This document shows, in pieces, positions 37,355-50,174 of a stretch of DNA of 64,000 nt; the first letter of the stretch is position 1, and each line of letters starts with the position of its first letter. The DNA is taken from positions 1 to 64,000 of the forward strand of contig DF237351.1 in assembly GCA_000708835.1 (NCBI GenBank). Reading direction: 5' to 3'. Under the pieces are notes generated by a model. That model was not told the DNA's origin. It made no database searches and was given only the letters and a program-made list of their open reading frames with translations. The stretch is from Klebsormidium nitens. Its lineage: Eukaryota; Plantae; Klebsormidiophyceae. Position numbers and translations under genes: made by a program.

Positions 37355-37696
37355 GCGGCGGTGAATTTTCGAATTACCGCCGCCGAGTCGTACGGCGGTT
37401 TTCGATTCAGTGTAAAAATTCGGGACTTAGCCGTTTTCGGAGGTCAAAATCGCCCGTACACGGGGCAAAAGTCAAAATCTGGCCGAAAAGCTGCCATAAG
37501 TCGGTCGAAAAAATTATTTGGACCAACCCCTCCGGTCAATCTCTTGTATACGCCCTCCCCATGAACTCCAAACATTTTACATCGTCCAATTTGACCCACA
37601 TATGATACCGACCATGTCAAATATGATCTTAAATATCAAAAAATGGCAATTCTGCGGGTAAAAATCGCCGTGAGTACAGGCATACGCGACTCGGCG
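37355..37696. mobile_element. Putative non-autonomous element (Helentron/Helitron2-like or MITE): 10-bp inverted repeats plus terminal hairpin
   Basis: CGCCGAGTCG (37381-37390) and its reverse complement CGACTCGGCG (37687-37696) bracket an AT-richer core with GTCAAA/TTTGAC motifs. The stem-loop GCGGCGGT-G-AATT-TTCG-AATT-ACCGCCGC lies at 37355-37383. Confidence 0.45.
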
Positions 37697-37844
37697 CGAA
37701 ACTCCCTATTGCGCACGGATTTTTCAACTTTTTGCCTCTAGACTCGCAGGTTCAGGTTGCTTGTGACGTAAAGACGACCATCGATCTGCCCGTCCCTTTC
37801 TTCCTTCTCCTCCACCGATCTGCCTCGCCCTTCTCTTTGCCACC

Positions 37845-38813
37845 CTAGTTCTGCCCCGGCCCCCACGGCGCCCGCTGCATCAGACTCTGCCTAAAACCCC
37901 CCTTGAGCTGCATTTCCGTCTCCCCCTTTGCACGGTCCGCCTCTTGCTTCGCCCCACAGCCTTTGTTCACTGCCGTCTCAAATTCGCTGTAGAGCCCCGC
38001 GTACTTATCCCGCAGTTCCCAATGGCGCCCGGAAACTACGAACGAACCGGTCCACTCGGGATGGGTTAGCATACTCCTTTCCGGCGACAGACTGTACCCC
38101 TTGACGAGGTGATACAAGAAGTTCTGCGCGCGTAGGATGGTCTTCACGTGGAGGTTCTGCACTTGGGCGGTACGGACCTTGTCTGAGAACGCCCGAAAGA
38201 CGGTTGGTACCAGCTGATCCCCGCAGCGCCCTCCCACTGTGACCGTCGTCGAGAGTCCAAACTCCTTCCCGCCCAGAAACTCCTCAAGAAAGAGCTCAAT
38301 CTCTGGCACATCTTTCGGGGGAATAGCGTCAGCAGGAAGATACCCGGCGACTGCCCCCCAGGTTTGTTCACAAAAAACGTCTTTGAAGCTCTCCCCCCCC
38401 TCGTGAAGCCAAGACTGTAGAAGCGCCTCCGCAAAGGCGGGGTACTGGGTCGTGCGCATCGTGACGCGCTGCTGTCTGTTCTCTTCCGGCATGCTTTGGA
38501 ACAGACCCAAAATGCTTATGTCCCTCTTGTATGATAGTACGAGCCGGCCCTCTAACGCGGCAACCTCCTTGAAGATCCAGGGAATGACGACGCTAGGTTT
38601 CGGCGTTTGGTTTTGTTCATCATAACCCGGATTTCGGTTTGGTTCACCTCCGTAGTAGTCAATTGCCATTGGCTCTGGTCCATCGATCTCCTGAATGGCG
38701 CCCTCATGTTCGTCGATCTGCGGTGCTTGCTGAGCTGCCACGTCATCGTGTTTGTTCAGATCCCCGCCGGGAGCGGGGAGCGCGAGTCGGTGGCTCTTAG
38801 GCCTCCAGCGCAT
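37845..38813 (-). CDS. Orphan intronless ORF (322 aa), no recognisable family
   Basis: A 969-bp uninterrupted frame with exon-like GC content. An acidic, disordered N-terminus is followed by a globular-looking region. The 5' end may extend upstream via a frameshift or splicing. Confidence 0.55.
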   Translation of the reverse strand: MRWRPKSHRLALPAPGGDLNKHDDVAAQQAPQIDEHEGAIQEIDGPEPMAIDYYGGEPNRNPGYDEQNQTPKPSVVIPWIFKEVAALEGRLVLSYKRDISILGLFQSMPEENRQQRVTMRTTQYPAFAEALLQSWLHEGGESFKDVFCEQTWGAVAGYLPADAIPPKDVPEIELFLEEFLGGKEFGLSTTVTVGGRCGDQLVPTVFRAFSDKVRTAQVQNLHVKTILRAQNFLYHLVKGYSLSPERSMLTHPEWTGSFVVSGRHWELRDKYAGLYSEFETAVNKGCGAKQEADRAKGETEMQLKGGFRQSLMQRAPWGPGQN

Positions 38814-40586
38814 ACTCTGCCGCCGGGGCTTGCGACTGGACGGCGCCGGGTGTTACCCCGACGCGATCCTTCCCTACTTCTTCGTGCACCCACTTGATGG
38901 AAACAAGCTTCTGAGCTGCCCTGGCCTGAGCGCCTTTTCAAGAAGATGCGGTGCAAAAAAGCATTATCTTCGGATCAACTGAGAAACTGAGTAATTGTTC
39001 AGCTCGATGAACGGCGGGCCTTTTCTGATGATTGGTCTGAGGGTTGTATTTCTTTAGTCACCTGCGGTCTTCTGTAGTCTGCCTTCATTGTGCAGTGCGC
39101 TGCATGACGGCGGGCGGCGGCCGCCTTGATCCGCTCCGAGGGTTCGGTCACGTCACGGTTGCGTCTCGAGAATCCCAAGCACTTACTTCCGACCGCCACG
39201 TGCCGCCTTCGCAGGAGTTTAGCGCCCATGAAGTGAATCTGACGTCATGCTCTAGTTGCTGGTGTGGGAGGAATCGTCAGCTTCTTATACGTGGCGAGCA
39301 GCGAAGCGGAATGCAATGTGGGGAAAGAGGAGGAAGAAGGAAGAACTTCATGATCGAGAATTGGAAGGGGGGAGATCTTGATTCCCCCTGTACATATCTC
39401 AGCTAAAGGAATCCAATCAATGCTAGCGATAAGAAGGAAGCACGGCGGCCTTTCTTGCGGGCGGCACTTGGAGTAGAGAACCTCGAAGCAGGGCGGCAAG
39501 TTCAGTTCACCTTCATGGGAGCAAAAGATCAGAACCCTTGCACAAGGAGGACTTGCACAAAAGCATTAAAGGCTGTCTGACTTGGGTGCGCTGGTCGCTG
39601 ACGTCAGCCGCTAGATGACGTCTTGACTCCAACCAGGTTCAAACCAGTCTGCGCCAGCGCCTGTTTACAAAGAAGCGCTAGCTGCTTCTCGGAACCACAA
39701 GTTTCTTTCATCCAATTGGTCTCAACCACAGCCGCATTCAGCCTTGCTTAGCTAAAACCCACCGAGGGCTTAGCTACAGAACAAACGGGGCTAACCATAC
39801 GTCTGAATCAATGGGGTTGTTCCCGCACTCAGAGTTGCGCCCAATTGGGCTCCCCTCGTTTCTCTACTCGACAAGCCCTGGGGTGTTGCAGGCATTGGAC
39901 TCAGCATCCAATGCTGCCCGGTTGGATCAGCCCCCACCAAATGTTGGACCGTCCGAGCCGCATGCAACCTCACAGAGCACTAGATCTGCGATTGGCCAGG
40001 TGAAAGCAACTCATAAACACGCCGTAAAGATAGGCGCAGATTGGTGTTTGGACCCAAAGAGGACATTCGGCTGACTTCTTGAAGGGTCCACCCTCGCATG
40101 GAAAAGCAATGCTGCCAACTAGCCTGTAGCTCACGATGATTCTGCACCCCATTCTGATCATGTTCTTGGCATCCTGCTAAGCTCGGTGGAAGGGCAAGAC
40201 TGTTATGTTTAAGGCACATTCGTGAGGTTTCGGAAGTGCATTTGGCATTTGTTTAGGAGCTGACTTGAAAGAGAGGAGATGTCCTTTTCTTTCGATTGTC
40301 TTGATTGAAGACTGCAAAGTCAGATTCTTGTTCCATTGTCCTGTTTGGCTGTGCCACGAACAGGTTCTCTCAACGAGAGCAATGCAAGTGAAGTGAGGTC
40401 AGATCTCACTGCATACTAAGCTTCATTGCCACCAAGATACCACTGCAACCCCCACTGATGCCACTACATCATTAGCTTCGAATAAGCATCGACCGCAAAG
40501 GGTGAGCGCAAAAGTCAAATCGTTTAACAAGCAAGCTGATGTCAGCTCAATTCTTGTTGCAGTCGTCAAAGTTCATGATTCCGCAA

Positions 40587-43500
40587 ATGGCGGAGGCTCA
40601 GGTACCCAAGAAGAAGCTGGAACTTTATTCCACTGGGTACTACGCCGCTGCGTTCGCCGGGGGGGCGCTCGCCTGTGGGCCCACGCACTGGGGAGTCACC
40701 CCCCTGTAAGTTGAACTATCCACAATTGGTTGGTCCTACTTTGTACCCTCAATAGCTTTCAATGAGGTTTTCCATTCGAGGGCTTGGAATACATGTAGCA
40801 GGCTATTGAAAAAGCCTTCACTCAGGGCACTTGTCACACTCGATACATCGATTAAATGCTGACCCTGGAACCCTAGGTTCTCCTTGCGGCCCTCAGATCT
40901 CATGTTCGGTTACTGCAGAGCCATTCGTCAATCGGTGGAATGAAGGTCAGCGGCTGACATTGACAAAGCTCGCAGAATCTATCTTTGTCAGGGAATTTCA
41001 CCTTGGCAGCTATGGAAGACTGCATTTCTAAGACCCTTACAATGTCAGCAATACATGCAATTGGGTGTAAAATGAACCACATATGTACCGGTTGTGGCAA
41101 TAGAGCTTGCTTTCTAACCTAATGCCAGGGCGTCAAGGTAGTGTCCGATTACTGGTCCAAGAAGACGGAAGCGCAACAAAAAGCGGACAATGTGTTCCAA
41201 GCTAACCAAACCCTGTACCCTACTAAGAATCATTCAATTGACTCCAAGAAACTCTGCAGCAACCCGCATCGAGGGGACACAAACACTAGAATCCTCCATT
41301 CAAAACCTAGACCTCGTTGATGCTTTCCTTTCAGGGACGTGGTAAAGTGCAACATGCAGATTGACCCCAAAAAGTACCGAACCATTCCATCGAGCTTTGC
41401 AATCACGTGGCGCGAGGAGGGCATGCGAGGCTTCCTCAAAGGCCACTTCCCCACCTTCATCGGCTACTCCTTTCAGGTATGATCTTGGCAGGCACGACGA
41501 TGCATTTCAATCCATTTTCCAGGGTTAAGCGTCAGGAAACGTATTGTCCAATCTCTAAAGAAGGGTGGGGTTAGCTAGAGGGTCTGGTGTGAACGGGTGC
41601 GGAGCACTCAAGCTCTGGGTTTAGCTTTCAAACTGGTCGTTGTTGCCCTTTGTGGCGCTGGTTTTCATCCAATTTGAGAGGTACTCCTTAATCCTTATGC
41701 ACTCGAGGTTTCGGGTCTCCATTCGAAGATTCATGTTCTGGGGCTATACTAAGGGCACTGGAGGCTGTGATTTTGTCAGTGGTCACTTCTCTTAGTCACG
41801 GGCTACTGTTTTCAAGGTGTTCCGTTGTTTTCTTGGGGGCTTAGCTCCTTCATTGTGTCTCTACGGTCCCAATGGTCATGAGTTCCTCGCCAGCCTTCAT
41901 CTTGTGGAGTCCTTTTGTGTGCTGAAGGTCTAAATATCCAGGACAGAGAATCCAAGTTAAGACTTCTAACATGGGCGACTTGATCTGGTTCAGTGCACGA
42001 TGCCGTAACACCTGAAAGGCGTCAAGAAAGGCCGAGCCAATCGTCTGAAGGGCTGAAGTGCTTCGATTGCCAGTGTTTGTGGAGTTGTGTACTAAAATGG
42101 AAACTTTGACGGCGGAGGCTACTCAGCTATTCGGCTCGACAACCCGACTCTGCAGACGGGGCGATATCTCGTGGATACTTTCTACGCGTGCCCTTTACTC
42201 TTGAAGCAAGTGTGAGCTCCAGCCGGGTTTTCCCGGCCTCGGCTTTCCTGCTTTCAAAGATCCGCAGCGACTTGCTTTTGGTGGAGGCTCCATTCGTTTT
42301 CATTGGTCTCTCTAAATTACTCGCCCCCCGGGTTGACGTTTGGCCTTCATTGGTACGAAATCAGTCAATCTGCCGCGCTGAGATTCCAAGTCAGTGATCA
42401 TGTTCTTCCTCTTCTCACCCTGACCTAGTCACTGTAACCGCACCCGGTTTCTTCAAAGAAGCAGGGACTGCGCTTTTTGAAGTCTGAAGGAAGGATTGGG
42501 TTGAACTGAGTTCGGGCCTCCGTTACGGGGCTGCAAACGGGGGCTGCAAACGTTGAGGCCTTGTTTGGGCGCAGGGCGCGTTCAAGTACGGTGGCTACGA
42601 GGTGTTCAAGAAGTACTACTCCGACCTGGCGGGGCCTGAAAACGCGGTCAAGTACCAGCAGCTCATTTTCGCCCTTGGCAGGTGAGCGCTCCCGCGAACC
42701 CGTCTTGGCTGACGTGGCTGCTTACATCAGCATCCATGTCAGAACTTTGTTAGGGCTTGTCGTGGTGAGACTTCCAGTCGAGGCGGTCGGAGAAGGCGAA
42801 GCAAGAGTTGAACGAGCGTCTGTGAGCGGATCTTTACAATGCGACAGGCCGTCAAAATCATTGGCCTAGTCTCTTGGCTGAGACAATCTAGAGCAATTTG
42901 ATAGGACCAGAACCGACCATCGGACGTCGTACCAGCTAGCTCGTGGTGCAGTACGTATTGAGTTCATATCAGATGGTCGACCATGGTGCAAAGTGCAGCG
43001 GTTTGCTCGTACTCGAGCGCCCCAGCATTGGCAGATTACAAGCTTCTGCGACAGACGATATTAGTAATGTCCCAGCAGTTGAAGGGAGCTTTGATTGGAT
43101 CGACAGTGACATCTGTACGAGTCGTCAGAGCCCCTTTCTTTCTCAGTACGTGCATTCTGATTGGAGGCTTGGAAATGTGACGTCAGTTGAATCGAATGCA
43201 TAGCAGTTGACGTCATTCTCCGTCCATACAGTGCATCTGCGGAGGTTTTTGCGGACATCGCGTTGTGTCCGTTCGAGGCGGTCAAAGTGCGCGTGCAGAC
43301 GCAGCCGGGTTACGGCTTCGGGTTAGTGGACGGGTTACCAAAGTACGTGGCGGAAGATGGTTGGGCGGGGCTGTATAAGGGGATTGTGCCCTTGTGGGGC
43401 CGGCAGATCCCTTACACGGGTGAGCGTCCCTGGCTTTGCTGACGTAGGCTGACGCGATGCATGACAAAAAGGATCAACGGTCCCGAAGACTACACGACAG

Positions 43501-44899
43501 AGTCACCTAGTAAGACTGCGACCGTTGAGATCGTGACGCAGTTGTCGTTGGTGGCTGACTTCAACCACAACCCGACGCCCAAGTTGGAAGTAACAAAGTT
43601 CTAGACGAACTGGACTTGGCGCGCCGCCACCCGTCCTCAGATCAAACTCGGCCAAAGCTTCTCTTATGCTGTGTTTTCCACTCAAGCGGTCGTCTTCCAA
43701 AGAAGCTGATGGGGGTGTTACGTGCAATCTGCTCCCGATCGTTGCGATGTTGAAGGTGCCTTTATGTGATCTATCAAAACCCGCCTTTTACACAAATCCG
43801 ATTCGTTTGAACCCACTCTCGAGGCTGCCGAATGCGTCCTGCAGGCAGTGATGATGACTCTGTTTCGTTACCCACCGGCACCTCCCCTGTCGTAGCCTTC
43901 GAAAGCAATCTGCAGACCGTAAAACTCGCTCGTTTTACCTGCGCCGGACAGTCAGCCAAGCCTGTTTTCTCTCCCCGCAGTCATGAAGTTTGTGTCCTTC
44001 GAAAACATCGTCGCGGCTCTGTACCGCAACGTGGTGCCCATTCCCAAGAACGAGTGCTCCAAGAACACGCAGCTCGGGGTCAGCTTTGCCGGAGGATACC
44101 TCGCGGGAATCCTTTGCGCGGCAATCTCCCAGGTATGCGTCCCCTCCTTAACGCAACAGTTTCAACTTTTGCTCTTTCTTTTGAAGTCACTTCGTATTGC
44201 CCTTCTAGGACTACAGCATGGAACACCGTTGATTGCAATCGCTCGCGCGTGTAGTCAATTCTTACGGTGGCAGAGGCGTCATCGGCAGTCCCCGCCACCT
44301 GGGTCCGCTACGGAACAAAGTTTTCACTCGGATTCATTCTCGAAGTTTTTACATGTTCGCTCCCCTCGTCAGCCCAACAACACCGTCTCTTTTTGGAACA
44401 ACGTGTCTCGCGCGACCTTTGAAACTTTGGCCTCATGACGCTTTCTCACAGACAACGTGCTTGCCTCAACTAAAGCAAGCTGCCAAGTGTGCTCATCTCC
44501 TGCGTATCTTTGCCAGCCCGCCGAGAACACATAGGGCGCTTGGAACGTGCGGACCCAATTTTGCAACGAATGATTTACCCTTTGGCCTGCTACCAACTGT
44601 GATTCTTATCGTTGTACTTTTGATCAAGACTTTGGTGCGAAGAAATTGAAAACCAAAGGGGAAAGCAACAACAAAATCTTTGTTTTCCGTTCCAGCCCGC
44701 CGACAACATCGTCTCGTTCATGAACAACAAGAAGGGCGCCGCGTTCGGGCAAGCCGTCAAGGAGATTGGCATGACGCAGCTCTTCGTCCGCGGGCTGCCG
44801 CTACGGATCGTCCAGATTGGAACACTGACGGGCCTCCAGTGGGCTATCTACGACTCGGTCAAGGTGTGGTTTGGATTCCCCACAACGGGAGGGCACTGA
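40587..44899 (+). CDS. MPT: Mitochondrial phosphate carrier (SLC25A3/PIC2/MIR1/MPT family), six exons
   Basis: Exons give [15 protein letters not shown]|[16 protein letters not shown]|[43 protein letters not shown]|[21 protein letters not shown]|PADNIVS and [25 protein letters not shown], ending at TGA 44897-44899. Confidence 0.96.
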
Positions 44900-46561
44900 C
44901 ATTCATTAGCTAGTAAGGTTTGTGGAGCTTGAAAGCGCCTTGGTTTTGCGCGGGGCGTGAATGTTGTTCGAGTTGCGGCTTTTGTATTGTACGCATATTA
45001 TAGCGGGCGGACGGCCAAGCATGAAGGTTCTAGTCGGCTCGTTTTGTCAGATGTCTCAAGAAGCCAAAAGCTAGAGGGCGATGTACAGTGTTGTAGGACG
45101 AATCATACAGTAGCTTCCAGATTCTGCCCCCCAAGTTGGTTTCAGTTAAGTGTACATGTTCCTCCTTGTAATAGATACATCTCACACTTATCGCGCTTCA
45201 TGAAGCCCTTATTACAGGTCTAAGGGTCCGACTCACAGTCGATGCATGAAGCCGGCGGGACGTCGGTCTTGTTTCAACTGCCACGCCCAGGATCATCATT
45301 GAACACTTAAGTTGCACATGAGTCGGAACACGGCATGTCGGGCCGATTTGAGGGTCTCCTTAGCTTTTCCATTCAATTGCGAGGCATCAATAACTCCGTC
45401 GGAGTAACAAGGAAGCACGCAATAGGCCCAGTCGATGACTTGTGCTCAACGATGGCGTAGAACTTTCTCGCCATTTACTGGTCGGATCAGTGCCCATCAG
45501 CCTTCTGGTTTTATATGTATGCCCCTCAATGCCGAAAAGCGGCTCATCTAGCTTAGAAAGCCTTGCAGGCCCCTGTCTTAAGAAGGTTCGAGATATGCAA
45601 GAGCTCACTTTTTAGAGTTGCCATCTACCATACCCAGTAACCACGTGCGCCTCCATGGTCGTAGCTTGTAGCCCGGTTAGCAACGTCCTCAATTCCTCAT
45701 CTTCCACTCAAAGATAATAAGGCTCTCCCATCCCAATCAGAGCCCATCATGCGAAAGACATGGTGAAAACGACTGAGCTAAGGAGTCTGCGCCCCAGGAA
45801 AGTTTGCAACTCCTTTACGCAACATTCGCGCTCGAAGAACCCCCACGAGAGGAGGACGACCCCATACCTCGCTGTTGCCACCGCTCCCAGCATGACGTCA
45901 GCAGCCACATCCGTCCGAGAAGGTCCTCACCCCCGAGCGCTCTAGCTCGTTCTTGGGGAACACTGCAAAGTGGCGCTTGCAGTCCCGCCTGCAGTGGCTG
46001 ACGAAGACATCACATGCGCAGCTAGACTGAGTGACGCAGACATGGTGAACGGAGGAGCAAAACTCAATGCGGCATAGCTTCTGCAACTAGGACGATAGGT
46101 AAATTTGTGAGACACTGGGCACCCCTCATGTAATACGCCAAATTGCAGCAAAGTGAATGGTCAAATGGACCGCAAGGATGCAACATAATTTGCCAACACG
46201 ATGCAGGCTGGAGGAGGGCTCAGGGGGGAGGGAGTTCCCTGCTGTGGTGCCACAACGAGCAACCGGGGCTCTGTCCCAGGCACGGGGACGGCTAAGTTTA
46301 GGCCGGTACACTCCCGCCCGGGCGTTTTAGGCCGGCCGGTACCTTTTACAATTTACACCATGTCACATGTGCAGGGTTTTGCATGACAATAATACCTTCA
46401 GAGCTATGCAGCTATAGAGGTGACGAGTGGTGGTGGCCATCAAATGCATGCTTGAGCCTTGAGGACATGCGGTACTGTAGCCTGTACGTGTAGATACGTT
46501 GCTCTCTCTTTCTTTGTTCCACCTAGCTCTCGTGTACAGGCATTTGGAAAATTTGCGAGGC

Positions 46562-49500
46562 ATGGCGGCACCAGAAGACTGGCTGCGGCAGCAGCTTCTT
46601 GCTCTGTCCAAGCAGGGAGGCACTGCGCTGGATGAGGAGATGGTGCATGGCCTTGTGGACTACTGTGCAAGGGCCAACGAGGAGGATGCAGCAGAATATA
46701 TCACGGTAATATGTTCTCAAATTATGTGCAATCATAGGGATCGAATTTGCGCTTGAGCTTGAAAAATAACCGAGAACTGAGTTGGTGGTCAAAGTACCAG
46801 GGGGTGAATAAGCGCTGGAATATGCTTCTCTGCTTCAAAAGAGAATTCTGTATGCGCACACATCCTTGTCTTTCTAGAAAGCAGGTATCTGCTAGGATTA
46901 GCTGGCTTCCCGAATCAATTCTCAAGCAACTCTTGGTTCGCAAATGCTGACAATAATTGGATGTCACCTGATTATTAGGAGAGGTTTCCTTTGGTGGCAT
47001 TTTGTGAGAAGTGTTATGGTTGTGTGCCGGGGTGGAGGTCTCAAACATAGCATTGGCGTGATCCATGTAGCAAACATCTGAACTCTTCTCAGCATTCAGT
47101 TGTTGAATGCACGATCCACAATCGCCATTTCATGGGGGTTTCTGCATGCAAGACAGCCCTTCTTCTGCTGAATTGAGGGATGCTGCTGTTTTCTAATCAC
47201 ACCACCATCAAAAGACTCTCCATCATAGAGGCGCTTCAGCCAACTGACAAAGGACATACCTTATCAAGTTACTTCATCGCATAAGTGGTGGCCTTTGGTA
47301 CATTCTGATGATGGACGTTCTGATGGTGGTCATTTTGCAGAGATTCTTGGTTGGTGTAATCATCAGGTTGCCTGCCTGAGTTTGATGCATACGAGAACTG
47401 TTGTTCATCAGACCTGTGATTTTTTTCTTCCGACTAAATCTGCAACTCCGGTTGTGCAGAACATAGTTGGGGAGCAGGCGCAAGGCATCGTCGACATCTA
47501 CCGGGCCAAGCGAAGGTCAGCCGGCGGACCCTCTTCCTCTTTGGGGGGGCCAACCGCAGCAGCCATTGGAGGGGGGGGTTCAGACCAATCGCAGTCTGGC
47601 AGCAATCTGCAAGCTTACATCAAGCCATCTTTGGAGTCAGGCGGGGTGAAAAAGGCGGGAAAGACTGTGAAAAAAGGACGGGGAACGGAGGAGTCCAATG
47701 TAAGTAGTGGCGATGCGGAAAGTGGGCCTCGGTTGGAAGCCCCGGGCGCGAGTGAGGGGCTGACGTCGCTAGGGAAGGTCGCCCGGAAGAAGAAAAACAA
47801 GGGGGGGCACGTGCGCGTAGAGGACGTGGCGGCCGGGCGGCTATTGGTGGCAAACCGTAAGCTATGCGACTGCCAGGCGCGGCGGCACCGGCTTATTACC
47901 AATTGCTTATCGTGCGGGCGGATCATTTGCGAACAGGAGGGGGAGGGGCCGTGCATGTTTTGCGGTACAATGGTTTCGCTTCAGGGGGGTGATTCGCCTC
48001 TGCTGCTACCCCCTCGGATCGGAGAAACGGACGAGCAGCTGGCGAAGAAACTAGAAGCGGAGGAGAAAGCGCGCGCGTTCAAGGACCGGCTGGTGGAGTA
48101 TGATAGGTCGTCGGCGCAGCGGACGGCGGTAATCGATGATCAGAGCGACTTTTTCCACATGGATATTGATGGGGATTCGTGGATGTCGGAAGAGGTGAGG
48201 TTGTGAGCGAGCTGGTCCAGAGTCTGTGCATGAGCTGACAGGAGGTCGGAGTTTTTGCTGTTGGCCCAAGCTAAGCTAACACTGCGCCAAGAAATCAGGA
48301 ATGTTTGACTTTCTGTTCTAGAGGTCAAGGACAAGGCTGTCTCAGATCCACTTGGTAGAGGCATCTGACCATGTCACTTAGATCCACTTTGTGTGACCTC
48401 TTCGAACGTTTTTGGAACCCGTGTCTCGAAAGTTTGCCTCATTTGGTACGATGGAGAGCATATTCCTCAGGAGTATCGAACCAATCAAACTCTTGCTGTC
48501 TCGGGGTGTGATATCAGGATGGACAACCATCCTCTTCTTATTGTGCTTCGAGTCGTGGATTGCTCTGATTCGTTACGTCAATAAAAATTTATGCGCTGAA
48601 GACAGAAGGGCGAGAATATCTTGAACCGGTTTAAATCGATCTTGCAGAGCAGGTTGACCAAGAGAATCCAGGGTGACTTGCGTTGACTTCGCTGTTCAGT
48701 CTGCAATGATAGGTCTTAGTACTCTACAAGTCATCGTCACGAAAGTAGAATCTCAGAGCGGCGAAGGGAATCTGCCTCCAATTTCCTCTTCCTGCTACGT
48801 GGGCGACCGCCTGTAAGTGATGATTCATCAGAAAGTTTCATCTGCTAATGTAGTAAGCGCGCTTGTTCTCTTGCAGGAGAAGACAAAGTTGCGGGCCCAA
48901 AAGGCGCTGGCCGCTCATGCAGAGAGGGAGAAGCGGAGCCGAGTGCAGGTCACGTTTGATCTCGTGGGACGAAAGGTGGGGAGAGGAACGGTTTGAGGAA
49001 AGGGCATAAAGAGGGCCTTGGCTTTCTGCTGATTGTCACATGCATCGTGTGCTTGAACATCTTCGAAGTTTCCGACCAGGATGTAAGGTGACCTTTGAGC
49101 GTGTTCTTGTGTTCCCGCTTTGCGGCTTTCTGAAGAGAAGCTGGTCGGCCGGCTTTCCAAATCTTCAATTGGAGACTCCGGTTCTGAGAGTTTGCAAAGC
49201 GTCGGCATTGGACGCAGGCTTTTCGTGCTTCGTACATGAAGTGCGGGAGGACGGCCTCCACTGGAAACTTGGGAGCTTTAAAGAGGGCGTCAGATTTTAA
49301 AGCGCACTAGTGGCATCTGAGTCCTTAGGGAAACCCTCATCGGACGGACAAAATTGCATCTTGGAATCTGTCCCGAGCGACCATAATGCCCCATTTCTGC
49401 GGTACATGGTCGCCGAGGCGTGACGGGTCACGGGACGCCCTCTTTGAGGGCAGAAAAGTTTAGCCTCAGGAGTAGAATGGTAGTGCGGCTTGGAGGCTTC

Positions 49501-50174
49501 TTTCTTCGACTTGCTGCCGTCCTACTGTCAAATTCGTGGCAGAGTCACTTCATAGAAAGCTGCTTCTTAGTGTCACCTTTGAGTCCTGCGTCTACCCAAC
49601 TCTTTGTGATGAACTACAGGTGATACTGGCCGGGGATGACGTGGATGAGGCCGGTCCGGCCGCAAACGGTGCAAGCACCCCCCCGGAAAGTTCCGAAAGC
49701 GCAGGCCCCAACCCCTTGTCCCGTATCATGCCGAACCCCATGCTCAAGGGACCCCCTCCAATTTTTGTCAACTCTGCCGTTCAAAGCGGAAAGGGCTCGG
49801 GAAGCAAGCCCGGAGCAGATCCTTCTTCGGGGGGGTCGAGGGGGGGTACTCCAGGGGCTGCGGGCCGCGCAGTGATACACCCCCCCGGAGAGAAGGGATC
49901 CCTTCTGGGCGTCAAGAAGGGCAGCGGCGGGATCGAAAGAGTGCAGCACGATAGTTCGTATTTCGGGGCCATCGAGCCGCAGCTTTTGGGGGGCTTGGCG
50001 GCGGACGGCGAAGGGGGCGAAAATTCGGACGCCGGCGTCAGGGCCGAGCAAGAGATGTCCGAGACAGTACGGCTGTCCGGACGGGACATCGACGTCGAAG
50101 AGTTCGGTAGTGAGCCTGCGTGCGGCTCCAGTATACAGCAGTTTGGGGCCCCGGTTGGGAAGTCGGTCCTATAG
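46562..50174 (+). CDS. TRIP4: TRIP4/ASC-1 (RQT4-like) zf-C2HC5 protein
   Basis: Exon 1 gives MAAPEDWLRQQL...GLVDYC. Exon 47460-48195 contains CDCQARRHRLITNCLSCGRIICEQEGEGPCMFCG and KDRLVEYDRSSAQRTAVIDDQSDFF. Exon ~48878-48975 gives VTFDLVGRK. The final exon contains IMPNPMLKGPPPIFV and RVQHD. Confidence 0.9.

Noticed and set aside
43846-43920. RTGATGA C-box-like motifs in introns (also ~48815) as possible C/D snoRNAs
   Set aside because: No appropriately placed CTGA D box with a terminal stem was found.
45387-45760. Possible decayed coding remnant on the minus strand between the carrier and TRIP4
   Set aside because: Multiple stops in every frame and no identifiable domain.
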